Shown here: piece after piece, positions 1 to 13,690 of the stretch
How the letters are laid out: each line of letters starts with the position of its first letter
Numbering within the stretch: the first letter of the stretch is position 1
NCBI RefSeq assembly: GCF_009914755.1
Contig: NC_060934.1
DNA length: 64,000 bases
Origin: the human T2T-CHM13v2.0 reference genome, Homo sapiens
Strand: one strand, 5' to 3'
The notes under the pieces: model-generated
Seen by the model: only the letters and a program-made list of their open reading frames with translations
The model's database searches: none
Told to the model about the DNA's origin: nothing
Made by a program: the position numbers and the translations under genes

Positions 1-447
1 GAACAATAATTGAGCAAGCCAAGGCTGCACTGGGATATAACACAAGACAGAGATAACTGATTGGGTCTGAAACCAAACAGCAACAAGGATGCTCCACAAA
101 TACAAAAATATCTGAACTTCTTTTTGTGCTGGCTCACACAAGTGACTACTCTTTCTTTACCAATGAATAGTGAATCCACTCGAATCTCTCCACCTTCAGA
201 TAAAATTTACCATGATGCTCTTTTACTTCCTGACAGCAGCTTATCCAGAACTAGACTCCACTTCCCATAATCCCTCCTTAAAATTAGCCAGTACAAGCAC
301 AAATTCTACAAGACCTATGCCCCACTAACTCCTTCTTACCAAAATACCTAATAATTCCTCTCATATGCCTCTTCTATGCTGCAGTAAGCTAAATAAGCCT
401 AATATTTTTTTGGCCGTCAGTGAATCCCTGGTAGTTTTTGTTGGTAG

Positions 448-765
<318 letters not shown>

Positions 766-884
766 TGAACTACAATAACTTAAAGCCCTACATCCAAAGC
801 ACTTACTATTATAACCAGAAATTGTTGTGACAAGAGTCTTCAGAAATTTCTAAGTTCCCTACATCAAAAAGATTTTTACACAAG

Positions 885-3389
885 TGTGAAAGATTGTATT
901 TTCCAAGGATGCTTCCACCAATATTTCCCATCTTATATGCTGTTCTGCAATATGGCCTTGCCATTCCCCTATCACAAGGTAAAGTTTAATTCTCTTTCTT
1001 TGAATCTGAACTGGCCTTACTAACTCTAGTAATCAATAAAATACAATGGAAGCAATGCTGTGTGACTTCTGAAGCTATATATAAAAAGTCCACATGGCTT
1101 CCGTCTACCCAATTTCTCTTATAGCATTAGCTCTCTTGATGATCCCTCCCCAGACAGATCCTCTCAGAATCCAGCCATCATGTTATGAAAAACCCAAGAT
1201 ACATGAAGAGCCAGTATTTGGTACTTCAGATAAAAGACTCAGCTGAGCCCAGCCTTCAAGTCATCTTATTCCAGCCACTAAAACATGTGAACACAGAAAC
1301 CTTTAAATTATTTCAGTCTTCAACCATTTTAGTCTGCCTGGCTAAGGCCCCAGACATGGTGGAGCAGAGGCGAGCCATGCTTATATACAATTTCCTGATC
1401 TACAGATCAGGAATCTATGAGCATTTAAAGATGATTGTTGCTTTGTGTCACTAAAACATGTATCATTCACCAGTTTGGGGATTGGACAGGAAATGAAAGT
1501 CTGCTAGGCTTCAAGAAAACTATCTATAAGAGGTTCAAGGAAAGTGAGAAAAATGTTTTGGAAGTTGAAGAAAAAGGGACCTTTGTTATGTAGTGGTAGA
1601 AAGTTTAGTGGAACTGTCACCTAGAGTAATATAGAAATTACTTAATGAATTGATAGATCTGTCTAAGATTTCCAGACAAAGTATCAACTGGTATCTCTTC
1701 CCTGAATATAATAGGATACAAAAAATGAGAGGTGTTAACAAGGAATTATTCCATCTTTGAGAAGAATTTAGAGGTACATAAAGGAAGTAGGATTTGCTGA
1801 GTCAATAATAAAACTGATTCTCAATCCCAGATCCTCAATCTAGAGAGCAAAAGATTCTCAAAGCAGGAAATGTCCTCGATGCAAAGATCAAATCCAGGTT
1901 GGGTTGTTGGATCCTTGTTAATAAGACCTCAGAAGCTGATCACAAGTGTCTCATGATTCAACTAGATAAAGACCTTCTAAGGAGCTTACGGATGTTCCTG
2001 AAAAACTCTTCCTGTTAAACAATAAGGAATTTAGGACTCTTAAGGGTATTGCCCCTCAGTAGCTTCATTGGGATCCCAAGATAGAGAAGGGCCTGACTTG
2101 AAGAAAATTGTGGCTGTGGTTTTTGTCAGATGGAGTGAACTTTCATAAAGTCATAGAATCCACAAAATGTATATGGGTATAAGCACTGTCCACTCAAGCC
2201 AAAAGGATCACGGATAATACAAAAAAAAAAAAAAAGATGTCTTTGTACCTTCAAACTGCTGTGGACAGGAATCAGGCTGAGAAAACGACTCAGCTGCAAA
2301 CACAGCTTAATTTTTATACAAAAAAAAAAATGATGACTCAAAGGGTAAAACTAAGAGACCAGTGATGGAGCCAAAAGCCACAGAGGATCATTACCAGGAA
2401 ACAATACTAAGCCTGCATTAAGGAACTGGGGACACATGGTGGCTGAATTTCAGTATTCTGTATACCAGTGATGTCCCTGTGTTCCCTCTTCCTCCCCTAA
2501 CTCTTTGAATGCGGGTGTCTACTGCACTCAGTCTGTCACTGGGTCTGCCTTGTATCTTGGGTGCATAGGAGGGGAAAGGGGCCAGATAACTTGTTTCTTT
2601 AGGTCATAGGTCTTTAGAAGGGGAAGGACTGGATTCAGAGAGGGACCACTGCCAAAGAACCACATCTGCACCTGAACTTAATTAAATAAGAAGATCATAG
2701 ACTTCGAGCTAATGTCATAATGATCAGATGCATTGGATTTGAGGAAGGTATGTGTTTGACATATGGGAAGGAGTGTATTGCCATGGCCACAGGACAGACT
2801 GTGGCAGACTGTATTTTCTGGAGATGGCCACCACAATATCTCTCCTCCCACATGCTCTTCTGTATTGAGACCTTGTCACTCTTATATCAAGAGGTGGAGT
2901 TTAATATCAACCCCATTAAATTGTGGCTGACCATAGTGGCTTGCTTGTGACCAATAGAATGAGGCAGACAGAGGTGACAGAGTATAGCCCTTGAAGCTAA
3001 GTCAGAATAGGTCATGCAACTTCCCCAGGTTCTCTAGAAACATTCCACATCTGTATGTACTACAGGACATATCCAGAATTTCAGACTTTCAGAACCCAAG
3101 TACCATAATGTGGCAAGTGCATGCCATAAAGAAAGGCCACATGTAAGTGCTCTCCTCAGCAGTCCCGGCTGAACCCAGCCTTCAAGTTGTCCCAGTCCAG
3201 GCATTAGACATAAGTGAAGCAACTTCCAGATGATTCCAGCCTGAGCTGTCTGAGTTACCCCATCATTTGAAACTTCCTATCTAAGGCCCCAACAAGCCAT
3301 CTGTGCTCTGCCATGAAGTTCTGACCTGCTGAATCTGTGAGCAAAATAAATTTGGGTGGTTTCTTGTACAGAAAGAGATAACCGAAGCA
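885..3389 (+). mobile_element. Full-length MaLR provirus, MLT1H-like: LTR (~885-1460), internal region (~1480-2798), LTR (~2799-3389)
   Basis: Two homologous LTRs begin tgtgaaagattgtattttccaagga and tgtggcagactgtattttctggaga; the MLT-int motif ggaagttgaagaaaaagggacctttgttatgtagtggtagaaagtttag lies between them. Confidence 0.8.
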
Positions 3390-3397
3390 GACAGTCT

Positions 3398-3631
3398 AGA
3401 TGCTGCATTTTCCACTGTACTGGCTACTATCTCTCTCTTTCTCTCTCTCTTTCTTTCTCTCTTCATGTGGCTATTTAAATTTATTTAAATTTTGAACCAT
3501 TAATAATGTAGTCCTCAGTCACACTAGACATATTTCAAGTGCTCAAAAGCACGTGTGGCTAGTGGCTACCATATTAAACAGCAAAGATGTAGATTATCTC
3601 CATCACAGAAACTTCTGTTGGAGAGTGCTAA
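3398..3631. mobile_element. MER3-like hAT-Charlie DNA transposon fossil
   Basis: ctcagtcacactagacatatttcaagtgctcaa...gtggctagtggctaccatatt core. Confidence 0.7.
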
Positions 3632-4159
3632 TCCAGAAAATATAGCTTTTATGAGATTTAACATGGATTGTAAACTCAAAAGTTTTCAAGATGCAGGCAG
3701 GTAATGTAAGCAAATGAAACTGAATTAGGAAAACAATAGAACAGCCAGGATTGTGGCAAACTGAAGATCGCATGCCCTATTTCATGACTGATTATCTTAA
3801 ACACCTTATGAAATTAAAAAAACACATACAGTAGATGGATATGGCCTGTAGTACATGAGTTTTTGACCCTAAGTTTATATGAACAATGACATAGTACATT
3901 GTAAATCAGGACTGTCCCTGAAAATTTGGAAAAAATGATCATAGTTGATATAAAAACTCTGTCATATGCTGATGAGTTGTAGGGATATTTATTTATTGCT
4001 CCTTGTGCATTGTACATTTGCTATTAAATTCTCCTACTTTGAATGAATTTGTTAAATTGAAGCCATCAAATACTTGCATCTAAGATAAAGGTAAGAAGAA
4101 AATTTAGAAAATTCAACAGTATGTATTAAGTAAAAAATTTAAAATTCCAAGATCAGTAG

Positions 4160-4290
4160 ATTGTTGGAGTCAAAAGCGTCCTAGGAAACTTTAAGTCCAA
4201 TGCATTTATTTTATTTGTGGAAAAAATGAAAGCCAGAGAGGTTAAGTGGCTTGTCTAATATCACACAAAAAGCTATTAGCAGAATCACTA
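4160..4290 (-). mobile_element. MIR fragment
   Basis: gaaagccagagaggttaagtggcttgtctaatatcacaca MIR core. Confidence 0.6.
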
Positions 4291-4563
4291 GGGACCTTCT
4301 ATCTGTGAACATCTGTGAAACAATGAGAGGTCACTCATTTGATAATTGATGACTGAGTGTTGAAGTAATAGGTCACTTGCCCATGTCTATTACAACCCTA
4401 ACATAGCAAATTTGCATTGGACTGGCTTTTGGTAGAAAGTGCCTTCTTAATTTAAAAAAAAGTCTGGTTTCAGGGCTCTCAACAAGCCACTTGTGAAATG
4501 GCTTTGATTACAGGGGAGATTTCAGGGCTCCTCAAATAACACTCAAAGCCAACCTTGAACAAC

Positions 4564-5120
4564 TGAAGAAAATCAAAATATTTTACCCCAAAATATATTT
4601 CTCTGACATATTTTGAAATGACTGCCACAGGGCCAACAGACACAAGTAGCCCTACAAAGCTGTCTTTTGTGGGGGAAATTTGTATCTGTAAAGAATCTCC
4701 ATTAATGCAGCCTTGCCTTCCCTTTCTAAGCCTTTCCCAGATCTTAGAGAGATTAAACAGAGTCTGACATCTTTAAAGGTCTGAAAAGAGATAGTTAACC
4801 ACCTATTCTTTCTGAGGGCTGCTATCTATGAGTCTTCATCAACATAACAAGGACACCTTTGCTAGCCAGGCCTCTTCCTTTCTCCCTCCCAAAACCTGCC
4901 TTGCCACTAACACCTGTTTTACCAGCCTAACCTATTTTTGACCATACTCTGAGCCCACATTCTTTCTATAACCTCAGGGTGGTGTATAAGCTTCTGTACC
5001 TCATTGGGGGTGGGGTCTTCATTCTGAAGGTGTGCATACATGTTAAATAAATTTGTGTGCCTTTTCTTCTATCAGTCAATCAGCCTCATGTCTGTGATTT
5101 TTCAGCCAACCTTCAGGTTT
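4564..5120 (+). mobile_element. Solo ERV1 LTR (LTR48/LTR49/MER34-group-like)
   Basis: Begins tgaagaaaatcaaaatattttaccccaaaata; has gtataagct TATA and aataaa; homologous to the LTR at 52802. Confidence 0.7.
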
Positions 5121-5516
5121 TATGCTAGGAACCAGGACACAACCAAGAAGAACCCAGAAAAAGAAATCAAACAGAATGATGCCAGATTATTATAATAAGC
5201 CTTCAGAAATAAAAGACACTCAAAATAGCCCTGATAGTTTAAAGTCGTTCCTTGTAGTCCTCAGTATGTTTTTTTGTGGTTTGTAACCTAAAGCCTCTAT
5301 GCATCTGTAAATACCCACATATTATCCTTTTGCTTTATAAATGCAATTACTGCATATAGCTGCTTCAAGAAACACTAGCTGCCTCCAAATTGATTTCACT
5401 TTCCTGGTAAGGTTTGATTCTCTTGTTACCATTCCCACCGTAACTCAGTTCCTAGAGCAGAGAAACTGTAAGCACAGAAAATATCTAAAAATTGTAGGAA
5501 GCAAACGCATGTTACA

Positions 5517-6255
5517 GTGGTATAATAAAAAATATATTTGATTTTGTACGGTTCCTGGCACAGAACTTCTGAGCCCCTGTAATTTCCTAGTGACAAGAGT
5601 GTCTTTTGTTATGCATAAAAACCCCCATTAATCACACCTGAGTTTATGCTAATGCATGACTTAGGGTAGGGTCCCTGGATAGCCTCAGGATGGGACTGGT
5701 CACCAGAAAGACCAAGTGATTAGAGGGTTGGAATTTCAGCCAGGACCACCAGCCTCCAGGAAGGGGCTGGAGGTTAAGCTCTATAAAATTCGAACAATGA
5801 AACTTGATGAATTTCCAGGTTGGTGAACATATCCACATGCCAGGGAGTACAGTGCACCCCAACTCCATGGCAACAGAAGCTCCTGCCCTCGGCACCCTTT
5901 CAGACCTCACCCTAGGTCCCTTTTTATCTGGCTCCTCATCTGTATCCTTTGTAATATCCTTTATGTTAAACTATAATGTTTCTTTGAGGTTTGTAAGCCA
6001 TTATAGCAAACTGTTGAATATAAGGAGAGGGTTATGGGAACCCTCAATTTATAACCTGTTGGTCAGAAATACAGGTGACAACCTGGCACTTGCAATTGGC
6101 ATCTAAAGTGGGAGGCAGTCTTGTGGAACTGGATCCTTAATCTGTGGGGTCTCTGCTAATCCCAGGCAGTAAGTTTCAGAATTAAATTGTAGGACTCTCA
6201 GTTGGTGTCCAGAGTATTGGAGAATTGGTTGGTGAGGGGAAAAAAAACAAACATT
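5517..6255. mobile_element. MER21-family LTR
   Basis: tataataaaaaatatattt...ggttcctggcacaga...; gacaacctggcacttgcaattggcatct; ggtgtccagagtattggagaattg. Confidence 0.75.
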
Positions 6256-6974
6256 TGCTTTCTTTTAGTTCTGCTTCTGTTGCGAGATATTTAAGGCTCT
6301 CTTTTGCCCACATGGGCAATCTGGCAACAACCAAAAAAAAGTTTCTTTGACATAACTTTTTCAAATAGTAAGATGTTCCATCTGCTAATTAAGGCTCTGT
6401 TAGAGGCCTGAACTTCCATGAGGTGCTTATTAAACTCCTTTGGTTTCAGCCCCTGACTGTGATAGAACTAGATAAACATCTTACTTAAATGCTAATAAGA
6501 AACCATTTTAGTTAAGAACTTTGATGTTACATGTGCACTGTGGATTGGAGACTCTCATTTAATACATAATTAAAAGGTTAGGTTTGTTTTCTTTTCACAT
6601 GCCCCTCTCTTCCCACAAACTACATTAAGATTTTCTTCTTTTCTTTAATATCATTTCCTAAATTTTAAACAGATATGACTCATTTTTATTATATCTAGAA
6701 AGGTGGTTTCTTTTTTTTTTTTTTTTGGCTTTTTAAAAAAATTATTCAATTAAACAGAGGTAAGTACAACTTGAGAATTTTAGGATCTAAGCTGAATGAT
6801 TAAAATAAAAAACCTGATTTTTAAAAGATACTTTGACTCTGAAAAAGATCAGGATCTAATGACCAGATTTAATACATGATACTGAAATTTGTCAGAAACA
6901 ATAAATTTAAGCATTTGCATAATGATAACAATTCATTATTAAAATCATGAAGTTCTAAACATGATGCTTATTTC

Positions 6975-7105
6975 ACTAAGTTTTAAAGACCACTTATATC
7001 AGAATTACCACAGATTCTTATTTTTTTTAAATACAGATCCCTGGGCCGCACCTTAGATTTAATGACTCACTTTCTTTGGAATCTGCACTTCCTTAAGTTC
7101 TATAA
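6975..7105. mobile_element. MER5A-like hAT fragment
   Basis: atcagaattacc...aaatacagatccctgggcc...ggaatctgcac. Confidence 0.5.
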
Positions 7106-7364
7106 CAGACATAAGGCTTTTGAAAGCTACCTTTATAGAGAGACATAGAGCATTATTTTTCTAACTTCCCAAGTAAATTTAATGTGACTTATAGTTAAGG
7201 ATTTGCTGTTAGGGCAGAAAACCTTTTTTATGGTAATAATAGGAACTAGTCTACCACATTACCATGCACAAAATAATTCAATAAGTATTATTCATAAATG
7301 CAGATTCATTAAGAGCTTCAGCTATCTAATGCACTCACTTGACCATTTCCTTCTTTAGCAATGA

Positions 7365-7685
<321 letters not shown>

Positions 7686-9524
7686 AAAAAAATTACTTTG
7701 TTAATATATTCACAAAACCGAATTACAGACCTCCTAAAAGAGTTTCTAAAGATGACTTCAGAAGAATTGGCTTTACAATGCAGAAGTTAATTAAGTGGGT
7801 TGGGGTAATTTTGCAAAAAAAGTTGTCCTGGATGATTATGTGAGATAAAGGCTTATTTGTGAAGAATGAGAGCATCACTGGTAGAATAAAGAGGAGAAGG
7901 GGCAATGGTTTGACCAACTACCTCCTTTCTGGAATCCTGCAGAACTCAATTAAAATTCAACTGGAGTTGTAAATGACATGCTTTATTAATGCACTTTCGG
8001 TAATGTTTGCTCTTGACAATCCTAATACAATCTACTGAAAGGGAAGTCCTTACATGAAAAAATGTTGTGTTTCACAAAAGGTGATTTTTGTTCTCAAGAA
8101 ATCATTACTGTTACCTCTCCTGGCTGAGAGAAACGTGTTTACTATTGCCTATAAAAATGGGAAGTGTTTCAAAATAAATTTATATGAAACAATTACAGTA
8201 AATGAATCATTAGGAACTTTACATGTATCAGCATAGTTTCTTTTAGAAGATAGTTAACAAAATTAACTTTACCTCTATGCCAAGAAGTAATGAAATAAAC
8301 AAGTTACATTAATGTTATAATGTGATTTTAATAGTCAGTAAGAACTCAGCAAATATCTGCCTCATCAACTTCAGCTCCCAAATAACAAGTCATTGCTTAT
8401 GGTCATTAAAAGTACATAAGTACATCAGGCAAAATTAGATTAACTTATTAACCAATATTAAATCATAGTCATATTTTGTTTGTTTTTATCAATAAATTAA
8501 ATATTGGAAGCCTTAGTCCTACTCAGTCGGATGCAATTTTAATTGGAAAAGGGCACACAGCTAAGGAGTAGCTGATCTAAACTGATAATTCTTGATTCAA
8601 CAGAATTGTGAATTATTGTGATTTATCACCCTCACAAGACTTTTAATAATAGGAAAATCTTTGTGTATGAAAATGTGCTTCTCATGTTGAATCATACATT
8701 TTCTCCTGCAGTGAGTTTGGAGTAGAGAAAGAAAAGTAGATATTCTATTGTTATGTCATTGCCTGCCAAGTTTTCCCAATACTGAGAAAATTAACCCTGT
8801 GAGGTTTCTGGCAGCTAGGTATGACAACAAAAATCTTGGATTCAAAATTGTCCAACTGGTTCCTCTGTGTGGATTGGGCTGCCATTTTGCTCTTTCCATG
8901 TGACAAGGCACAATCAGGTTCCACTGAGTTGTTCCCAGCACTGTTCTAACAAAAACAAGACGTCATTTTTTTATTTTAAAACCTCACACCAGCATGGTCT
9001 ATTGGCTTTTGGTGCCATCTCAATTGTTCTTAAGAGTCAATCTCTTAATGCCAGAGTCAATGTCTTGGTCATGGAAGAATCAGACTTTAACGTAACAAGT
9101 GAAATGAGCACCCTGTGCAGAGACCAGTCAGCTCATGCAGAGCCGGCAGAGCACTTGTTTCCTTGGCAATCCCTCTTGCTTCTATGGGGCCTGATTTCAT
9201 CATCCAGAAACAAATTCTTATCATTGAGAGAAAGAATTCCTTAAGCCATGTGTTGCTTATTGGAGAGCACTGCTACAGCAATGAAATGGTTCTATTTCTA
9301 AAACAGAGAGAAGTTTGGAGATGTTCAGAAATCAATGACTCTACTGCTGCTCAATCAATTCAGGATCTATATAGTACAATACGAGATATGAAATGGCTTA
9401 ACACTGATTTCTTTGCCATGATAATGTACTATGCTATTAACTTTCCTTACTACATTTATCCCTTAGGGTTAAATCATAATTATGTTGCCATTAAATTATT
9501 GCCATCACTTTATAAAATTTAACA

Positions 9525-10250
<726 letters not shown>

Positions 10251-10326
10251 CTCAATGTTTTAAGTTGCCATAAAGTAGAAAGTATTCCACTAAAATTTGA
10301 TTAAACTTTAAATAAGATTTAAACCC

Positions 10327-10639
10327 TTTGTTGTTGTTGTGTTTGTTTTTTTTTTTTAGATGGAGCCTTGTTCTTGTTACCCAGATTGGAGTGCAGCAGC
10401 ACAATCTCGGCTCACTGCAAACTCCACCTCCCAGGTTCAAGCAATTCTCTGCCCCAGCCTCCCGAGTAGTTGAGATTACAGGCACCTACAACCAAACCTG
10501 GCTAATTTTGGTATTTTTAGTAGAGATGGGGTTTTACCATGTTGGCCAGGCTGGTCTCAAACTCCTGACCTCAGGTGATCCACCCACCCTCAGCCTCCCA
10601 AAGTGCTGGGATTACAGACATGAGTCACCATGCCAAGCC
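10327..10639 (-). mobile_element. AluS
   Basis: Full dimer; TSD agatttaaa(c/a)cc. Confidence 0.95.
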
Positions 10640-11099
10640 AGATTTAAAACCTTTTTAATAATAATTTGATATCTAATTTACAATGGGTTCTAAATGACCC
10701 AACATAAATCATATGAATACATGTATTTAATTAAATAAAATGAAAGCCTCTTTCTGTTATGGTACAATTATTTTTCTATATCAATTCAACTGGTACTTTA
10801 GTTTCATCTTAAGCATATATGTGACTACTTCTTCTTTCAAACTATATGTTTAATCTTATTTAGAAGACATCTAGAGCCAAAATTAACAAGCAGTTCCATT
10901 TCTTTTCTACATGCAGGTTTGTGTTGGTAAACCATTCAGTGCTAAATTTTTCTTTTCACATCACTTACAGAAGCAATATAGCAATTTCCTGTGACAGTGG
11001 CACACTTCAACCTTCAGACCTTGCTCCCTTGCTCAAAACAAGAAAAGTTGAAATAATGTAAAAATGATTACTTCAATATAAAAAATAATTATTTAAATA

Positions 11100-11648
11100 C
11101 ACAGCCATGCTCAAGGTACACTTGGAAGAGGGCCAAGCGGGTGACTTGAGAGATCAAGTGCACCATTTGGCCTTTGACATAGGGTTGTATATGCTGGCAT
11201 ACTTCTGGGGTTTTGAATCCCTTCTCCCCTGATTCTTCCCTTGGGATGGGCAGTCCGCATGCGCAGTGGCCTGCTAGCACTTGGGAGGGGAACATGCACA
11301 GTGTGTTTACTGGAGCTGTATGCATGCTCACTTGAGGCATTCTTCCCTTATCAGTCAAGTGTTTCTATAAGGTTATATACCAGTTAAACTCCACCATTTT
11401 ACCTCTTAGTGCACATACATGAGCCTACTTGCCCAATTTCTGAGATATTATCGGTAAGCTGCTGATCACCAGCTTCAGGTTTTTCCATCTATTGGGAGAC
11501 TGTTTCCCTGGTGCCAGCTGCACCAATTATTATTTTAGAGAAAGGGTGTAATAATGCCTGACCATCACCTGATGGTTGCCTGATATTCCTTGGGGTGGGA
11601 TGGCCCTCTCCTGCCCTGCTCATGTCTGACTAGCTACCTACTGTAACA
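11100..11648 (-). mobile_element. MER50-like ERV1 LTR (partial)
   Basis: Reverse complement begins tgttacagtaggtagctagtcagacatgagcagggcaggagagggcc. Confidence 0.75.
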
Positions 11649-11749
11649 AAACTTCCTAAGCTTTTGGTGAAAAGTGAATCTTGAGAATTCAAAACACCAG
11701 ATTTGCTCTATGTGCAGATGTGCAGCACTCTTTTCACTACTCATAAAGT

Positions 11750-12125
11750 ATGAAAACCCACATTAAGAAGCTCATATAAAAACAATCACCGTAATGACCT
11801 ATTGGACTCCCAAAGAAGAAAATTCCCACTGAAGAATTCATACACAAGATTTAAAAGAACAAGAGGAAATCCACCAGCAAAAAAGACAGACAATGCAGTA
11901 AATGGAAGAATTCACACTTAAAAGTGGTGAATATAGAATAATTTGAAAGAGACTTTATAAGTGTTTTTTAAAGTCCAGAGAAGTAAAGGAACAAACCCAA
12001 AAGTTAAAGGCATGACATTATTTTAAAAATAACAACCAGATTTGAGGATGAAAAAGAAATTCTATAAATTAAAGAGTCATTGAATCTTTTTATAAAGTTG
12101 ATAATAATGGTTAAATACTGGGCTA
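11750..12125 (+). mobile_element. Old L1M ORF1-region remnant (resumes ~13763-13860)
   Basis: A-rich degenerate ORF1-like sequence; atggttaaatactgggcta continues after the insert as gacagttactaagagagaagtaataagtttggaaaatag. Confidence 0.5.
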
Positions 12126-13690
12126 AGAGTACCTCTTATCCAAATGATCACAACAGCTCTCCAGCAAGGGCACAGAACTGGGCTGAGGCTGAGATGGATG
12201 AATTGACAGAAGTAGACTTCAGAATGTGGGTAAAACAAACTTCACTGAGCTAAGGAGTATGTTCTAACCCAATGCAAAAAAGCTGAGAACCGTGATAAAA
12301 CATTACAGGAGCTATTAACCAAAATAACCAGTTAGAGTGGAACATAAATGGCCTAATGGGGCTGAAAAACACAACACAAGAACTTCATAATGCAACAAGT
12401 ATCAATAGCCAAATAGACCAAGTGGAGGAAAGAATCTCAGAGCTTGAACACCATCTTGCTGAAATAAGACAGGAAGACAAGATTAGAGAAAAAAGAATGA
12501 AAAGGAATGAACAAAACCGCTGAGAACTATGGGATTATGTAAAAAGACTGAACCTATACCTGGTTAGGACACTCAAAGAGATGGGGAGAATGGAACCACG
12601 CCTGAAAACATACTTCAGGATGTCATCCAGGAGAACTTCCCCAACCTAGCAAGACAGGCCAACATTCAAATTCACGAAATCCAGAGAACCCTGGTAAGAT
12701 ACTCCATGAGGAGATCAACCACAAGACACATAATCATCAGATTCTCCAAGGTCAAAATGAAGGAAAAAAATGTTAAGGGCAACCACACCAAAAGACCAGG
12801 TCACCTACAAAGGGAAGTCCATCAGACTAACAGCAGAATTCTCAGAAGAAACCCTACAAGCCAGAAGAGATTGTGGGCCAATATTCAACATTCTTAAAGA
12901 AAATAATTTCCAACCCAGAATTTCATATTTGGCCAAACTAAGCTTCATAAGAGAAGGAGAAATAAATGCTTTCCATACAAGCAAGTGCTGAGGGAATGCG
13001 TCACCACCAGGCCTGCCTTGCAAGAGCTCCTGAAGGAAGCATTAAATACAGAAAGGAAAAGCCATTACCAGCCACTATAGAAACACACTGAAGTACACAG
13101 ACCAATGACACTATGAAGCAACTACATTAACAAGTCTGCAAAATAACCAGCTAGCATCATGATGACAGGATCAAATTCACACACAAAAATACTAACCTCA
13201 AATATAAATGGGCTAAATGCCCCAATTAAAAGACACAGAATGGCAAGCTGGATAAAAACTCAAGAACTATCAGTGTGCCGTATTCAAGGGGCCATCTCAC
13301 ATGCAAAGACACACATGGGCTCAAAATAAAAGAATAGAGAAAAATTTACCAAGCCAACAGAAAGCAGAAAAAAGCAGGGGTTGCAATTCCAGTTCCTGAT
13401 ATAACAGACTTTAAACCAACAAATATCAAAAAGACAAAGAAGAGTGTTACATAATGGTAAAGGGTTCAATTCAACAAGGGCTGACTATCCTAAATATATA
13501 TTTACCCAATAAAGGAGCAACCGGGTTTATAAAACAAGCTCTTAGAGACCTACAAAGAGACTTAGACTCCAACACAGTAATAGTGGGAGACTTTAACACC
13601 CCACTATCAACATTAGACATATCATAGAGACAGAAAATTAACAAAGATATTCAGGACCTGAACTCAGCTCTGGATCAAGTGGACTTGAAA
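12126..13690 (+). mobile_element. L1PA internal fragment: most of ORF1 plus the ORF2 endonuclease N-terminus, no 3' UTR
   Basis: ORF1 peptides RRSTTRHIIIRFSKV and QVTYKGKSIRLTAEFSEETLQARR; ORF2 ATG at 13162 (atgacaggatcaaattcacac); IVGDFNTPL EN motif near 13580; stops and frameshifts. Confidence 0.93.

Noticed and set aside
12706-13690. Active L1 ORF1/ORF2
   Set aside because: Fragmentary, with stops and frameshifts.
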